A DNA stretch of 64,000 nt, taken from IMG/VR virus record IMGVR_UViG_3300033177_000258; one strand, 5' to 3'. The translations under genes were made by a program, and so were the position numbers. The notes beneath the pieces were generated by a model. That model saw nothing but the letters and a program-made list of their open reading frames with translations. It was not told where the DNA came from and searched no databases. Position 1 is the first letter of the stretch. Each line of letters starts with the position of its first letter. The stretch is from a virus. Lineage: Duplodnaviria; Caudoviricetes. Positions 9,332 through 18,540 of the stretch are shown piece by piece.

Positions 9332-10053
9332 AGCGGGCTTTGATGGCGGAGCAAACCAAGACGTGGTTCGACGCGCAGTGGAAGCGAGGCGTCGCCAATG
9401 TTGCCGGTCGCGTATTGGACTTTGGCTGCGGCACTTCTACTGAGCCGGTATGCCTTGCTCAACTTCCTGGGGTGGACCACGTATATGCTTACGACATCGG
9501 CATGGACCGCCAGTGGGTCCAGTCTGCTATAGAGGAGTACGGGTGCGCCGACAGGGTGACGATAGTCATTGGGCCAGACGAACTGGAGCGACTGGCGTCG
9601 GCCTCGTTTGACACGGCCTTCTGTTGGAACGTGACGGAGCACCTGGAGTGCCCCATTGCCGAGTTCGAGCGCGTCGCCAACCTGCTCAAGCCGGGCGGGC
9701 TTTGGTCCATCAGGCACCACTGCTACTACTCGTACATGGATGGACACCACCTACTCATTCCCTTCTACCTTGACCATGAGAACGAGGAGTGGCGTCACCG
9801 CCTGCAGTTTGGTGCCCACCTGTCGGACAGTGACGCTTTCATCAGGACTCACCGTCATCAGATACGCGGCATGACTCTCAACATGATGACGCTCTTCCAG
9901 GTCCGTGCCTTTCTGATTCTGGCCGGCTTTGAGATTGTGGAGTGGGAAGTACAGCATTGGCCAGACACAACGGGCATCCCTCGCTCCCTCGACATTTCGG
10001 AGCTTGACGCCACCGCTGCGCACCTGCATGTTGTAGCTCGAAAGGAGCCCTGA
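9328..10053 (+). CDS. Class I SAM-dependent methyltransferase
   Basis: VLDFGCG, FDTAFCWNVTEH, LLKPGG. Confidence 0.85.
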   Translation: MKRALMAEQTKTWFDAQWKRGVANVAGRVLDFGCGTSTEPVCLAQLPGVDHVYAYDIGMDRQWVQSAIEEYGCADRVTIVIGPDELERLASASFDTAFCWNVTEHLECPIAEFERVANLLKPGGLWSIRHHCYYSYMDGHHLLIPFYLDHENEEWRHRLQFGAHLSDSDAFIRTHRHQIRGMTLNMMTLFQVRAFLILAGFEIVEWEVQHWPDTTGIPRSLDISELDATAAHLHVVARKEP

Positions 10054-10057
10054 AGCC

Positions 10058-12889
10058 ATGCCGTTGACAGGTCTAACGCCCGAGCAGTTTGCCGCCGCGA
10101 CCGCGCCTCCGTCGCCCACCATCATTGTCGCCGGTCCTGGAAGTGGGAAGACCCGCACCATCGTCGCGCGGGCTCGCCACTACTCACAGGTGATTGACCC
10201 TCGCCGCATCCTGCTTGTCACATTCACCAACAAGGCGGCCCGTGAGGCGGGGGAGAGGCTCGCCAGCTACGGCGCGGCCGGCTTCCACACGTCAACCTTC
10301 CACTCCCTTTGCGCTCAGAACCTGCTGGCGCGGACCAAGTTCTCCATCGCCGATGAAGACGCGGCCAAGTCCATCATCAAGGAAGCCATCGAAATGGGCG
10401 GGCTGGGCCTGGACCCCGGCCGGGTCCGAGACTGGATTAGCTGCGAGCGCAACAAGGGCTTCACGCTGACGGAGCCGCCGCCCCAGGCCGTTGACGAGTT
10501 CATGGAAATCTGGAAGCAGTATGATGCCCTGAAGGCCCACTACAGACTGCTAGACTTTGACGATTTACTGTCTGAGTTCGTCTCGACAGGCATCGTGGAT
10601 GAAGTGGCGCAATTCTTCCAGATGGTGCTGGTAGATGAGGTGCAGGACACGAACATTGGCCAGTATAGGATAGTAGAGCGTCTTGCTGCGCCCCATAGAA
10701 ATGTAACCATGGTAGGGGACGTTGACCAGTGCGTAGCCCCTGAAACCATGATACGCATTGGAGGCTCGGGGCGTAGGATAGACCAGTGCCGCCCTGGCAC
10801 AATGGTTACGGCCATTGGGCGGGAAGGCGCCCATCGCAGCATGATTTCCGACAGAAAGGAATTGTGGGGGCCGCGTTTGCGTGTGACGCTTTCCAATGGT
10901 TCGAGCCTCGTTTGCTCCCCGTCCCACAAGATGTTTGCCAGGATGCCTCGCGAGAGCGCCGGGAACGATGGGTTGGTCTACCTCATGCGCGACGCCACAG
11001 GTCAGCGATGGCGCGTGGGCCGCACTAAAATGCGCTTTCGCAGCAATAGCCCAGGAAGAACATGGACTGGCCTCCATAATCGGCTTCATTTCGAGAAAGG
11101 CGATTGCGCCTGGATTGTAAAGTCGGACCTGACTGCCTCTGAAGCGGCTTCTTGGGAGCAGATAACGGCTTGTCGCTACGGCATACCCACAGCATGTTTC
11201 TCTGCGAAACCAGGAGCTATGAGCCAGGAAACAATTGACGCGATTTATGATGGCCTGGAAGGGGGGAGGGAAGGGGCGGCTCGTTTACTTGCTGACTTGG
11301 GTTATGACACCGCCCACCCACATGCCACCACTAACCGCGCCTGGCGCGAAGCGGATTATGCCCCGATGTTGAACCTGGTCATGAATTGCGCTCGGCCGAG
11401 GCGGCGCCATCGCATTCAGTTGGAAAGTCGCTGTAGGAAGACGGCGGAACGGGTTGCCTCGGTGCTTGGGGCGAGTGCTATCCGTATAGGTGACGCGGGT
11501 TGGAGAGTGGCGACGGAATCGTCCAGCTTTGAGCTTCTTGTGGAGCAGGCGGCTCTAATCAGGCGCACGATGGGGGACGGAGTAGATTTCCGTGAAACGG
11601 CAAACTTTCCTCAAGGGCGTTTCGACGTGATGCCTGCGTCCAACCTGTGCGTTGGGATGGAAGTTCCGGTTATAGTGGGGGAGCATCACGTAGTAGCAGT
11701 AGTTTCGTCAGTAATCCCTGTCGGGGATGGGCCGCTGGTTGACATATCCATTCCTGAGTATGGCAATTATGTCGCCAATGGCATCGTGACCCACAACAGC
11801 ATCTACGGCTGGCGCGGGGCACAGCCCGGTAACTTGGAGAAGTTCGCCACCGAGTTCAACGCCCAGGTCTTCGAATTGACCTACAACCACCGCTCCACCA
11901 GTCGCATCGTGGACTTCAGCCGGAAGGTCATTGACCAGTACCCCGCCCCGATGCGGACTTCCGCTCTGCAGTCCACCCGGCCCGAGGGGCATCACCCGTC
12001 AGTCTACGTCTACTATGACAACGAGGCGGAAGCACGTGCCATTTCGACCTGGTGTCGCGACCTGATGAACCAGGGCGTCCCGGCGCGCGAAATCGCCGTG
12101 CTCTTCAGGACCAACGCCCAGACCCAGCCGGTCGAGGAGGCTTTCACGGAGAGCCGTCTCGGCTACACCGTTGTGGGGGCCATGTCGTTCTACGACCGCA
12201 AAGAGGTGCGCGATGCGCTCTCGTTCGTGCGGGTCCTGGTCAACGACATGGACGTGCCCAGCTTCCGGCGTAGCCTGCTGTGCGTGCCGGGCGTCGGTGA
12301 CGGCAGCGTCCGCGACCTCGTGGGCATCATGAACCAGGAGAGCTGTGGGCCGCTGGCGGCCATCGCGCGCTACTGCTCGGGCAAGTCCGGGGACCGCGCC
12401 GAAATGCTCCAGCGCTATGCCGATGCGATGTACCAGATGCAGCAGATGCGCCCCGAAGAGGGCATCAAGCTGGCCGCCGACGAGTTCCTGACGGCGAAGT
12501 ACGCTTCGGACCAGCGGGCCCAGGACCGCATGGAGAACGTTGAGGCGCTGTACAATGTGGCGGCCAAGTTCGCTACGGCCAGCCAGTTCATCACCTCCGT
12601 CTCGCTCGTGTCATCTTCCGATGAGGAGCACCAGGGTGTCTGCCTGGCCACCTGCCACGCGGTCAAGGGCCTGGAGTTCTCGGCGGTCTGGGTGGCCGGC
12701 GTCGAAGACGGGCTCTTCCCTCACGTCAAAGCCGATAGCGACGAGGAAGAGAACCGCTTGCTCTACGTCGCCTGCACCCGCGCCAAGGACATCCTGTCCC
12801 TGAGCTGGTGCCGGATGCGCAAGCACTGGGGCAAGACCTCAACCACTGACCCGAGTCCATATCTGGTAGCCATGGGAGCTGCGAAATGA
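10058..12889 (+). CDS. uvrD: UvrD/PcrA/Rep helicase, intein-containing
   Basis: AGPGSGKT, TFTNKAA, TFHS, VDEVQD, GDVDQ|SIYGWRGA, NHRS, FRTNAQ, HAVKGLEF, EENRLLYVACTRA. Confidence 0.93.
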   Translation: MPLTGLTPEQFAAATAPPSPTIIVAGPGSGKTRTIVARARHYSQVIDPRRILLVTFTNKAAREAGERLASYGAAGFHTSTFHSLCAQNLLARTKFSIADEDAAKSIIKEAIEMGGLGLDPGRVRDWISCERNKGFTLTEPPPQAVDEFMEIWKQYDALKAHYRLLDFDDLLSEFVSTGIVDEVAQFFQMVLVDEVQDTNIGQYRIVERLAAPHRNVTMVGDVDQCVAPETMIRIGGSGRRIDQCRPGTMVTAIGREGAHRSMISDRKELWGPRLRVTLSNGSSLVCSPSHKMFARMPRESAGNDGLVYLMRDATGQRWRVGRTKMRFRSNSPGRTWTGLHNRLHFEKGDCAWIVKSDLTASEAASWEQITACRYGIPTACFSAKPGAMSQETIDAIYDGLEGGREGAARLLADLGYDTAHPHATTNRAWREADYAPMLNLVMNCARPRRRHRIQLESRCRKTAERVASVLGASAIRIGDAGWRVATESSSFELLVEQAALIRRTMGDGVDFRETANFPQGRFDVMPASNLCVGMEVPVIVGEHHVVAVVSSVIPVGDGPLVDISIPEYGNYVANGIVTHNSIYGWRGAQPGNLEKFATEFNAQVFELTYNHRSTSRIVDFSRKVIDQYPAPMRTSALQSTRPEGHHPSVYVYYDNEAEARAISTWCRDLMNQGVPAREIAVLFRTNAQTQPVEEAFTESRLGYTVVGAMSFYDRKEVRDALSFVRVLVNDMDVPSFRRSLLCVPGVGDGSVRDLVGIMNQESCGPLAAIARYCSGKSGDRAEMLQRYADAMYQMQQMRPEEGIKLAADEFLTAKYASDQRAQDRMENVEALYNVAAKFATASQFITSVSLVSSSDEEHQGVCLATCHAVKGLEFSAVWVAGVEDGLFPHVKADSDEEENRLLYVACTRAKDILSLSWCRMRKHWGKTSTTDPSPYLVAMGAAK
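10730..11797 (+). mobile_element. Intein (356 aa) with a probable GIY-YIG-like endonuclease
   Basis: Q|CVAPET...CSPSHKM...VYLM...RVGRT...GNYVANGIVTHN|S. Confidence 0.88.
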
Positions 12890-13926
12890 GTATCCCGCTT
12901 TCCGAACATGTAGCCGAGCGCGGGGCCTTCTCCGAGAGCGACTTTGAGGCCCTGTCCGCTTTACTGGCCCAAGTCGAATCCAACGATGTGCTGGCCGACG
13001 ACAGCGATGGGGTGGCCATCAGGCCATTGGGCCCGCTCGCGGTCTCCAGCCTGACCACGCTCTCCATCACCCAACAGCTCAGCACCAGGCAGTTCCCTGC
13101 TTGGTTGGCTGCGCAGAAGACCACGCGCGAAATCATGCGCCTCATCCTGCACCACACCCAGACCCTGAGTTCTACCTGGAAGGGCGAGGAGAGCATCCGC
13201 GACTGCTGGAACTGGCATGTGTTGGAGCGTGGCTGGCGGCATATCGGCTACCACTTCATCATCGCCCCAGATGGCAGCATCTGGGTCTGCCGGCCGCTCA
13301 ACTGGACGGGCGCCCATGCCGGCCCGACCGGCAACCCCATGTCCATAGGCGTCTCTCTGTGGGCCGACCTGACCCAGGAAGAGCCAACCGAGGCGGCGCT
13401 GGAAGCGCTGGGTATCGTGTGGGCTTCGGCAACCGACTTCTTCGGCATGCGGCCCGAAGTCTTCTTCCACCGCGACTTCATGCAGACGGACTGTCCCGGC
13501 AACATCGAGAAGGGGGATGTATCCTACTACGCGGCGGATGCAGAAATGCAACTCGGCAAAGGAAGCGCCGAGCGCCGCCTGCATAACGGCAAGTGCGGGG
13601 TCTCGGTCAAGGGCCGCGTGTACGCAGACGCGGGCTGGTGCCAGGACGGTATATGCTGGCTTCCCGCCAGTCTCGTCTCCGGCCTGGGCTACCAGGTGCA
13701 GTGGGATGGGAAGCGCAAGCTGGGCGTCATCTACAACGACAACCGCGTCTTCCACTCCATCCCCGCCGTGCCGGCGCTCGCCGGCCGGCCGCAGTGCTTC
13801 GCGGTCAACAGCTACATCCCCTGCTTCATCAGCAGCGAGAACAAGCTGTATGTCGCCGCTCGCCCGCTGGCGCAGGCGCTCGGTGTCCAGGTCGGGTGGG
13901 AGAACAACACACTGACACTCGGTTAG
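12886..13926 (+). CDS. N-acetylmuramoyl-L-alanine amidase (Amidase_2/PGRP-like) with C-terminal stalk-like repeats
   Basis: LILHHT, RGWRHIGYHF, GAHA, HRDF..TDCPG. Confidence 0.88.
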   Translation: MSIPLSEHVAERGAFSESDFEALSALLAQVESNDVLADDSDGVAIRPLGPLAVSSLTTLSITQQLSTRQFPAWLAAQKTTREIMRLILHHTQTLSSTWKGEESIRDCWNWHVLERGWRHIGYHFIIAPDGSIWVCRPLNWTGAHAGPTGNPMSIGVSLWADLTQEEPTEAALEALGIVWASATDFFGMRPEVFFHRDFMQTDCPGNIEKGDVSYYAADAEMQLGKGSAERRLHNGKCGVSVKGRVYADAGWCQDGICWLPASLVSGLGYQVQWDGKRKLGVIYNDNRVFHSIPAVPALAGRPQCFAVNSYIPCFISSENKLYVAARPLAQALGVQVGWENNTLTLG

Positions 13927-13948
13927 GGCGCGCAACCAGGAGGCCAGA

Positions 13949-14146
13949 ATGAAGCCAACCAAGAAAGAGCTCCCGCCCGAGCCATTGTACTCCATCTGCC
14001 GAGACTGCGCGGAGAAGCGCGGGTGGGAGCCTGTTAGCTTCCCCGTAGGTGTCTGGACGGGGGAGTGCGAGGTGTGTGGTGAGACCAAACTGTGCACGGC
14101 ACAGCGCGACTACAAGCGGTCTCCGACTAACCCCTACGGCCGGTGA
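13949..14146 (+). CDS. Small zinc-finger hypothetical protein
   Basis: RBS AGGAGG; CRDC, CEVC. Confidence 0.6.
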   Translation: MKPTKKELPPEPLYSICRDCAEKRGWEPVSFPVGVWTGECEVCGETKLCTAQRDYKRSPTNPYGR

Positions 14147-14186
14147 CCTGCCGTACAGATAGATGGGTTACGAGCAAAGATTCTCC

Positions 14187-14215
14187 TTGACTTCTCCCAA
14201 GAAGCTCTGTAGAAT
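14187..14215 (+). promoter_or_regulatory. Sigma-70-type promoter of the tRNA cluster
   Basis: TTGACT-N17-TAGAAT just upstream of the first tRNA. Confidence 0.7.
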
Positions 14216-14227
14216 AAGCTCCAGTGA

Positions 14228-14303
14228 CGCGGGGATAAGCCAGGCAGGCTACAACGTCTCATTAGCGTTGAATGACCGGGTTGGAGTCCCGGCCCCGCTA
14301 CCA
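14228..14303 (+). tRNA. tRNA-Met(CAU), atypical, initiator-like acceptor
   Basis: CGCGGGG/CCCCGCT-A-CCA; anticodon loop CTCATTA; T loop TTGGAGT. Confidence 0.7.
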
Positions 14304-14387
14304 AAGTACCTTGACATCTGAAACTTTTCCAGTGCTACCCATGACGTGGGTTCGATTTTGCGGAATACTTCTCTCTGGTGATGACCA

Positions 14388-15080
14388 ATGGCTAAGCCGG
14401 AATTGAGAGAGAAGGCCCGAGCGCTCAGGCGTGAGGGCAAGTCCGTGAAGTACATCCAGAAAGCACTCGGGGTATCTTCGTCATCTGTCAGTAGATGGGT
14501 GAAGAGCGTTGAGCTAACTGAAGAGCAGAAGCAAGCACTGCGGGATGCCAGCGGCGGAGACCGGCGTGCGCTTGTAGGCGAAGAGGCATTGGCCAAACGC
14601 AGGGAGCGCGCCGAGCAGCGGTGGAAGCAGGCAGAAGAAGAGGCGGAGAAGCAGTGGCCCGAGCTCGTCAAAGACCCGCTCTTTGGTATCGGGCTGGGCT
14701 GCTACATCGGCGAAGGCACCAAAGGCAACGGCGTAGTGACTATCTGCAACTCCGACCTGTTTGTTGTCAAGAACTTCATCGAGTTCAGCCGGCTAATCGG
14801 CGCCGACATAGACAGGATGAGGCTTACGGTGCACATGGCCTACGACCCGACCCCGGAGCAGCGAAAAGCTGTTCTTGAGCACTGGCTCGCAGGCTTGGGC
14901 GTCTCTCCTTCGCAGTTGGCTCCTCAACCAATAATACTGAAGCGGGGAGCCGGTCCACTCCGCAATGGCGGTGAAGGTTCTCGGCGTAGCCTGCTGTATG
15001 GAGTTGCGCGTTTTGGTTGCACAGACGTTCAACTCAGTAAGAAGCTGCACTGGTGGATGCGTAAAGCACTGGGAAAGTGA
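14388..15080 (+). CDS. Putative homing endonuclease (N-terminal HTH plus degenerate single LAGLIDADG domain)
   Basis: REKARALRREGKS...IQKALGVSSSSVSRWV; GLGCYIGEGTK...ICNSD; lies between two CAU tRNAs. Confidence 0.65.
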   Translation: MAKPELREKARALRREGKSVKYIQKALGVSSSSVSRWVKSVELTEEQKQALRDASGGDRRALVGEEALAKRRERAEQRWKQAEEEAEKQWPELVKDPLFGIGLGCYIGEGTKGNGVVTICNSDLFVVKNFIEFSRLIGADIDRMRLTVHMAYDPTPEQRKAVLEHWLAGLGVSPSQLAPQPIILKRGAGPLRNGGEGSRRSLLYGVARFGCTDVQLSKKLHWWMRKALGK

Positions 15081-15091
15081 AGATGTTAGTA

Positions 15092-15166
15092 CGCGGGGAG
15101 CGTGTTGGCTCGCCAGCGTGGCCCATTACCACGCCTACCCACGTTCGATTCGTGGCCCCGCTCCCA
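15092..15166 (+). tRNA. tRNA-Met(CAU), atypical
   Basis: CGCGGGG/CCCCGCT-C-CCA; GCGTGG-CCCATTA-CCACGC; TTCGATT. Confidence 0.65.
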
Positions 15167-15271
15167 TATTTCGACTGAGGCAAACCCATGTCCGCGCTGC
15201 TTAGCCCAGGCCCGCTCCTGGGCGAGCGATAGACGCAACCATCTGCACAAGGGAAGGAGAGCACCAAGACA

Positions 15272-15502
15272 ATGAAGACCACCAAGCAGGCAGTCGTGTT
15301 GTCGGATACCGCAATGAGCATCCTGCGGACCCTCAATGACGGCGGCACCATGAGCAAGGACGCAGTTCTGGCCAAGATGCGCGGTACCTGCCCGGCCGGC
15401 CCCACGAGCCGCTCACTGAGCACTCTGGTCGGCAAGGGTATGGTCAAGGAGACGAGCAAGGGCTTCAGCATCATGGCGGCGGGCCGCAAGGCCATCGCGT
15501 AG
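15272..15502 (+). CDS. Small winged-HTH protein
   Basis: RBS AAGGAG; wHTH pattern SRSLSTLVGKGMV...GFSI...GR. Confidence 0.6.
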   Translation: MKTTKQAVVLSDTAMSILRTLNDGGTMSKDAVLAKMRGTCPAGPTSRSLSTLVGKGMVKETSKGFSIMAAGRKAIA

Positions 15503-15528
15503 GACCGGCAGCACCGACAAGAAGGTAC

Positions 15529-15553
15529 GGGGCGCCCCCTGCGGGGCGCCCCG
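15529..15553 (+). terminator. Hairpin, putative terminator
   Basis: GGGGCGCCCC-ctgc-GGGGCGCCCC inverted repeat after the stop codon. Confidence 0.45.
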
Positions 15554-15581
15554 TTGCATTGTACAGATAGAGTGGGAGAGT

Positions 15582-15657
15582 GGCTGGGTAGCTTAGTTGG
15601 CAGAGCAGACGGCCCATACCCGGAAGGTCGCGGGTTCGACCCCCGCCCCAGCTACCA
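15582..15657 (+). tRNA. tRNA(CAU), Met or Ile2
   Basis: GGCTGGG/CCCAGCT-A-CCA; TAGCTTAGTTGG; loop CCCATAC; GGTTCGAC. Confidence 0.75.
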
Positions 15658-15677
15658 ACATTCTTCTGGAGCGCGCG

Positions 15678-16271
15678 ATGAATACCACAGAGTACCTGAT
15701 GCGCTACTTTTCGGCGGCCGGCAAGCTGGCGGCCGACGAGAACCTATGGGACAAGGTGAAAGCCTTTGTGGGGGTGCTGCGGCGGGTCAAGCGCAACGAA
15801 GGCCGGGTCTTTGTCATCGGCCTGGGCGGCAGCGCCGCCAACGCTTCCCATGCGGTCAATGACTTCAGGAAGATTGCCGACATCGAGACCTACGCCCCCA
15901 CCGACAATGTGGCGGAGCTGACGGCTCGCATCAACGACCAGGACTTCGACACGTCGCTGGTGGAGTGGCTGAAGGGCTCCAGGCTCAGGACCAACGATGT
16001 TCTGCTGGTGCTGTCCACCGGCGGAGGTTCGTACAAGTTTGGCAAGCCCACCTCGGCGCCCCTCCTTATGGCGGCGCAGTGGGCCAGACAGCAGGGCGCG
16101 GAAGTGGTCTCCATCCTGGGGAACCCCAAGGGACTTCTCAACCTGCCGTCCTACTCTTCGCTGGTCATCGTCACACCCGCGCCATCCGGTTTCATGGTCC
16201 CGCTGGCCGAGTCCTTCCAGGCGGTTGTGTGGCACGCGGCCTGCAACGCCGTGGCCCAGGATGAAGACTAA
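15678..16271 (+). CDS. SIS-domain phosphosugar isomerase (GmhA-like)
   Basis: RVFVIGLGGSAANASHAVND, LTARIND, DVLLVLSTGG, ESFQAVVWH. Confidence 0.8.
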   Translation: MNTTEYLMRYFSAAGKLAADENLWDKVKAFVGVLRRVKRNEGRVFVIGLGGSAANASHAVNDFRKIADIETYAPTDNVAELTARINDQDFDTSLVEWLKGSRLRTNDVLLVLSTGGGSYKFGKPTSAPLLMAAQWARQQGAEVVSILGNPKGLLNLPSYSSLVIVTPAPSGFMVPLAESFQAVVWHAACNAVAQDED

Positions 16272-16696
16272 TGTACCAGAACTGTCACGTGCCTTGGTTC
16301 ACTACGTTCATCGAGCCGTTCACGCCTCCCGTCTGTTGCCTGATGGACCTCCAGGAACGCGCCATCATGCGTCCGCCCCCGGATGCGGCCCCCGCCGCGT
16401 GGGTGTACATTGACGAAGACCTGACGTGGTGGCGCGAAGGCCCGGAGTTCCAGCGGGCGCGCGAGTTGGTGACCGGCCGCCTCTGCGGCTTCCAGGGCGT
16501 CATTACGGCGCACAGCGAGTACCTCAACGGCTCCGTCCGGTACACCATCGAGGCCGACACGCTGGACAAGGACGGCAAGGTCCGCGATGGCGAGACGTTC
16601 GATGAACTGATGCTCGACCCCATCGAGACGCCGAAGGAAGAGCGCGTCAACCCCGGCCGCAAGGGCGGCCCGGCGCCGAACCCGCCGAAGATGTAG
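16271..16696 (+). CDS. Hypothetical protein
   Basis: 141-aa ORF translationally coupled to the upstream gene. Confidence 0.55.
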   Translation: MYQNCHVPWFTTFIEPFTPPVCCLMDLQERAIMRPPPDAAPAAWVYIDEDLTWWREGPEFQRARELVTGRLCGFQGVITAHSEYLNGSVRYTIEADTLDKDGKVRDGETFDELMLDPIETPKEERVNPGRKGGPAPNPPKM

Positions 16697-16704
16697 TGAG
16701 TAGT

Positions 16705-16980
16705 GTCCGTGGACTTACCGGGGCCCTGGGTAGGGCGCGCGCCTCGGTCTGAGGAACACCGGCTGCCAACAAGCCCAGGGCCCTGACAACCCGGTAAGTC
16801 CACGGACGAAAGATGTGGGGCCTTCCCGCTAGGGGCGGCGCGCACCGCTCGGCCCCACCTGACCCGCAGGAACCTTGGGAATGTCATGGACGGGGAGTAG
16901 CCGGTTCCCACTTAGTGCTGGTGGCCCCACCTTATCACGTGTGAGGGTGGGTGCACACCTTGGCAGGCGCTCCTGCGGGC
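16705..16980 (+). ncRNA. Putative structured non-coding RNA
   Basis: Perfect 18-bp inverted repeat (16705-16722 / 16790-16807) plus further paired stems; intergenic in the tRNA cluster. Confidence 0.45.
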
Positions 16981-16983
16981 TGT

Positions 16984-17061
16984 GCATCGTTAGCTCAGTT
17001 GGAAACGAGCGCTGCCCTGCGGAGGCAGAGGCCCCTGGTTCGAGTCCAGGACGGTGCACCA
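16984..17061 (+). tRNA. tRNA-Arg(GCG)
   Basis: GCATCGT/ACGGTGC-A-CCA; CTGCC-CTGCGGA-GGCAG. Confidence 0.88.
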
Positions 17062-17069
17062 TAGTTTTC

Positions 17070-17145
17070 GGGCTCGTAGCTCAGGGGACAGAGCCGGGGT
17101 TTTCTAAGCCTTGGGGCGGGGGTTCGAATCCTCCCGAGCCTACCA
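17070..17145 (+). tRNA. tRNA-Arg(UCU)
   Basis: GGGCTCG/CGAGCCT-A-CCA; loop TTTCTAA; GU-rich anticodon stem. Confidence 0.78.
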
Positions 17146-17209
17146 ACATCTTCTGTACTCGAACCGTAGAGCGCGAAATACTTTAGATGTGCTTGACGGA
17201 TGTTCGAGA

Positions 17210-17866
17210 ATGAGCAAAGTTATGGAGCATTGGGCGCGGGTTAGGGCTGATTACGACGCGAGCCCCAACCTATGTACTGCACCGGGCTGCAATAAGCCGC
17301 TGCCGTTCGAGAAGCGCAACAACAAGTTCTGCGGTTGCTCGTGTGCTGCCAAGGTGAATAACGCTGGTCGCTGCAAGAACCCGCAGGGTTGTAATGGCCA
17401 TCCTCGTCGCTTGACCCCAGGCCCGTGCCCGGTCTGTGGCGGGGACGTACCCAGGGGCGCAAAGTATTGTTGCTCCGACTGCTATAAGGTTGGCCAGTGG
17501 AAGGAAAGGGTAGCGCTCATAGAAGCTACGGGCGTGGCGCCCGAGCTGAACGAGAACCACCAGCGCAAGGTGATGCGCCGCTACCTCATCGAGAAGTACG
17601 GCCACAGGTGTTCGGTTTGCGGCGGGAGAAAGTGGCGGGGTGCGCCCATCCCATTGGTGGTAGACCACATTGACGGTGACCCATCCAACCGAGCGGTAGC
17701 CAACTATCGCATGGTCTGCCCCAACTGCGATGCTCAGTCGCCTACGTACTGCGGTCGCAACAAATGCAACGGGCCGTCAAGAGACTGGCGGTACGGCAAG
17801 ACAGACCCCCGTACCCATCGCGTAAATAGCCCTCGTGGCCGAGAGGACCAGGTGCCCGCCTCCTAA
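17210..17866 (+). CDS. HNH homing endonuclease with N-terminal zinc fingers
   Basis: CSVCG..KWRG.PIPLVVDHIDGD..N....NYRMVCPNCDAQ; 3' end overlaps tRNA-Arg(CCU). Confidence 0.88.
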   Translation: MSKVMEHWARVRADYDASPNLCTAPGCNKPLPFEKRNNKFCGCSCAAKVNNAGRCKNPQGCNGHPRRLTPGPCPVCGGDVPRGAKYCCSDCYKVGQWKERVALIEATGVAPELNENHQRKVMRRYLIEKYGHRCSVCGGRKWRGAPIPLVVDHIDGDPSNRAVANYRMVCPNCDAQSPTYCGRNKCNGPSRDWRYGKTDPRTHRVNSPRGREDQVPAS

Positions 17867-17914
17867 GCGGGGCTCTTCGGAGCAACGTAGGTTCGAATCC
17901 TACCGAGGGCACCA
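17829..17914 (+). tRNA. tRNA-Arg(CCU) with long variable arm
   Basis: GCCCTCG/CGAGGGC-A-CCA; CCCGC-CTCCTAA-GCGGG; V-arm GCTC-TTCG-GAGC. Confidence 0.82.
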
Positions 17915-17957
17915 TCATTGCCACACACGCAGCTTTCATCACAGTGAGGTTCGCAGC

Positions 17958-18539
17958 ATGAAACTAGGGTTTGACCTGGATGGAGTCGTCTTCAACTCGA
18001 CCCCCGCGTTCGTGGCCGAAGGCGTGCGACTCGGCCTCATTCCCCCCGAGGTAACGGCTGGAGACATCACGCATTGGGACCTGGGAGACCAGTTCGGCCT
18101 CCAGCCGGAAGTGGCCTGTGCCATGTGGGCACCGGAGGTCTATGGCCGCGCCGTCATCTACAAGGAGGCTTTGCCGGCCCTGCGCAAGCTGAAGAGCATG
18201 GGCGCGGAGCTCTGGTTCATCACCGCGCGCTGTGGCCAGTTCCACGATGCGGAGGCGGTCCAGGAAGTCACCCGCGCGCAGCTTGGCCAGTACGGCCTGC
18301 TCGACGGTAGCAACATCATCTGGTCGCCAACGGCCGACAAGGCCGCCGAGGTGGACCGGCACAAGCTCGACCACTACGTGGACGACCATCCCCTGCCCAT
18401 CGAGTTACTCTACGAGAGCGGCTACCAGGGCGCCTGGCTCATGGCCAGGCGCTGGAACGAGAACGTCTATGGGCTCCCGCGCACCAACTGGCATGCCTAC
18501 TTCCAGGCGGTGCACGCCCTCCTGAAAGGGGCTCAGTAG
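17958..18539 (+). CDS. HAD-family 5'(3')-deoxyribonucleotidase-like hydrolase
   Basis: GFDLDGV, FITAR, K...YVDD, WN. Confidence 0.8.
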   Translation: MKLGFDLDGVVFNSTPAFVAEGVRLGLIPPEVTAGDITHWDLGDQFGLQPEVACAMWAPEVYGRAVIYKEALPALRKLKSMGAELWFITARCGQFHDAEAVQEVTRAQLGQYGLLDGSNIIWSPTADKAAEVDRHKLDHYVDDHPLPIELLYESGYQGAWLMARRWNENVYGLPRTNWHAYFQAVHALLKGAQ

Positions 18540-18540
18540 C

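Noticed and set aside
16700-16815. Hammerhead ribozyme
   Set aside because: CTGAGGA and GAAA are present but not arranged around stem II as required.
17070-17145. Amber suppressor tRNA (CUA) and stop-codon recoding
   Set aside because: The 7-nt loop TTTCTAA centres on TCT (Arg), and many genes end normally in TAG.
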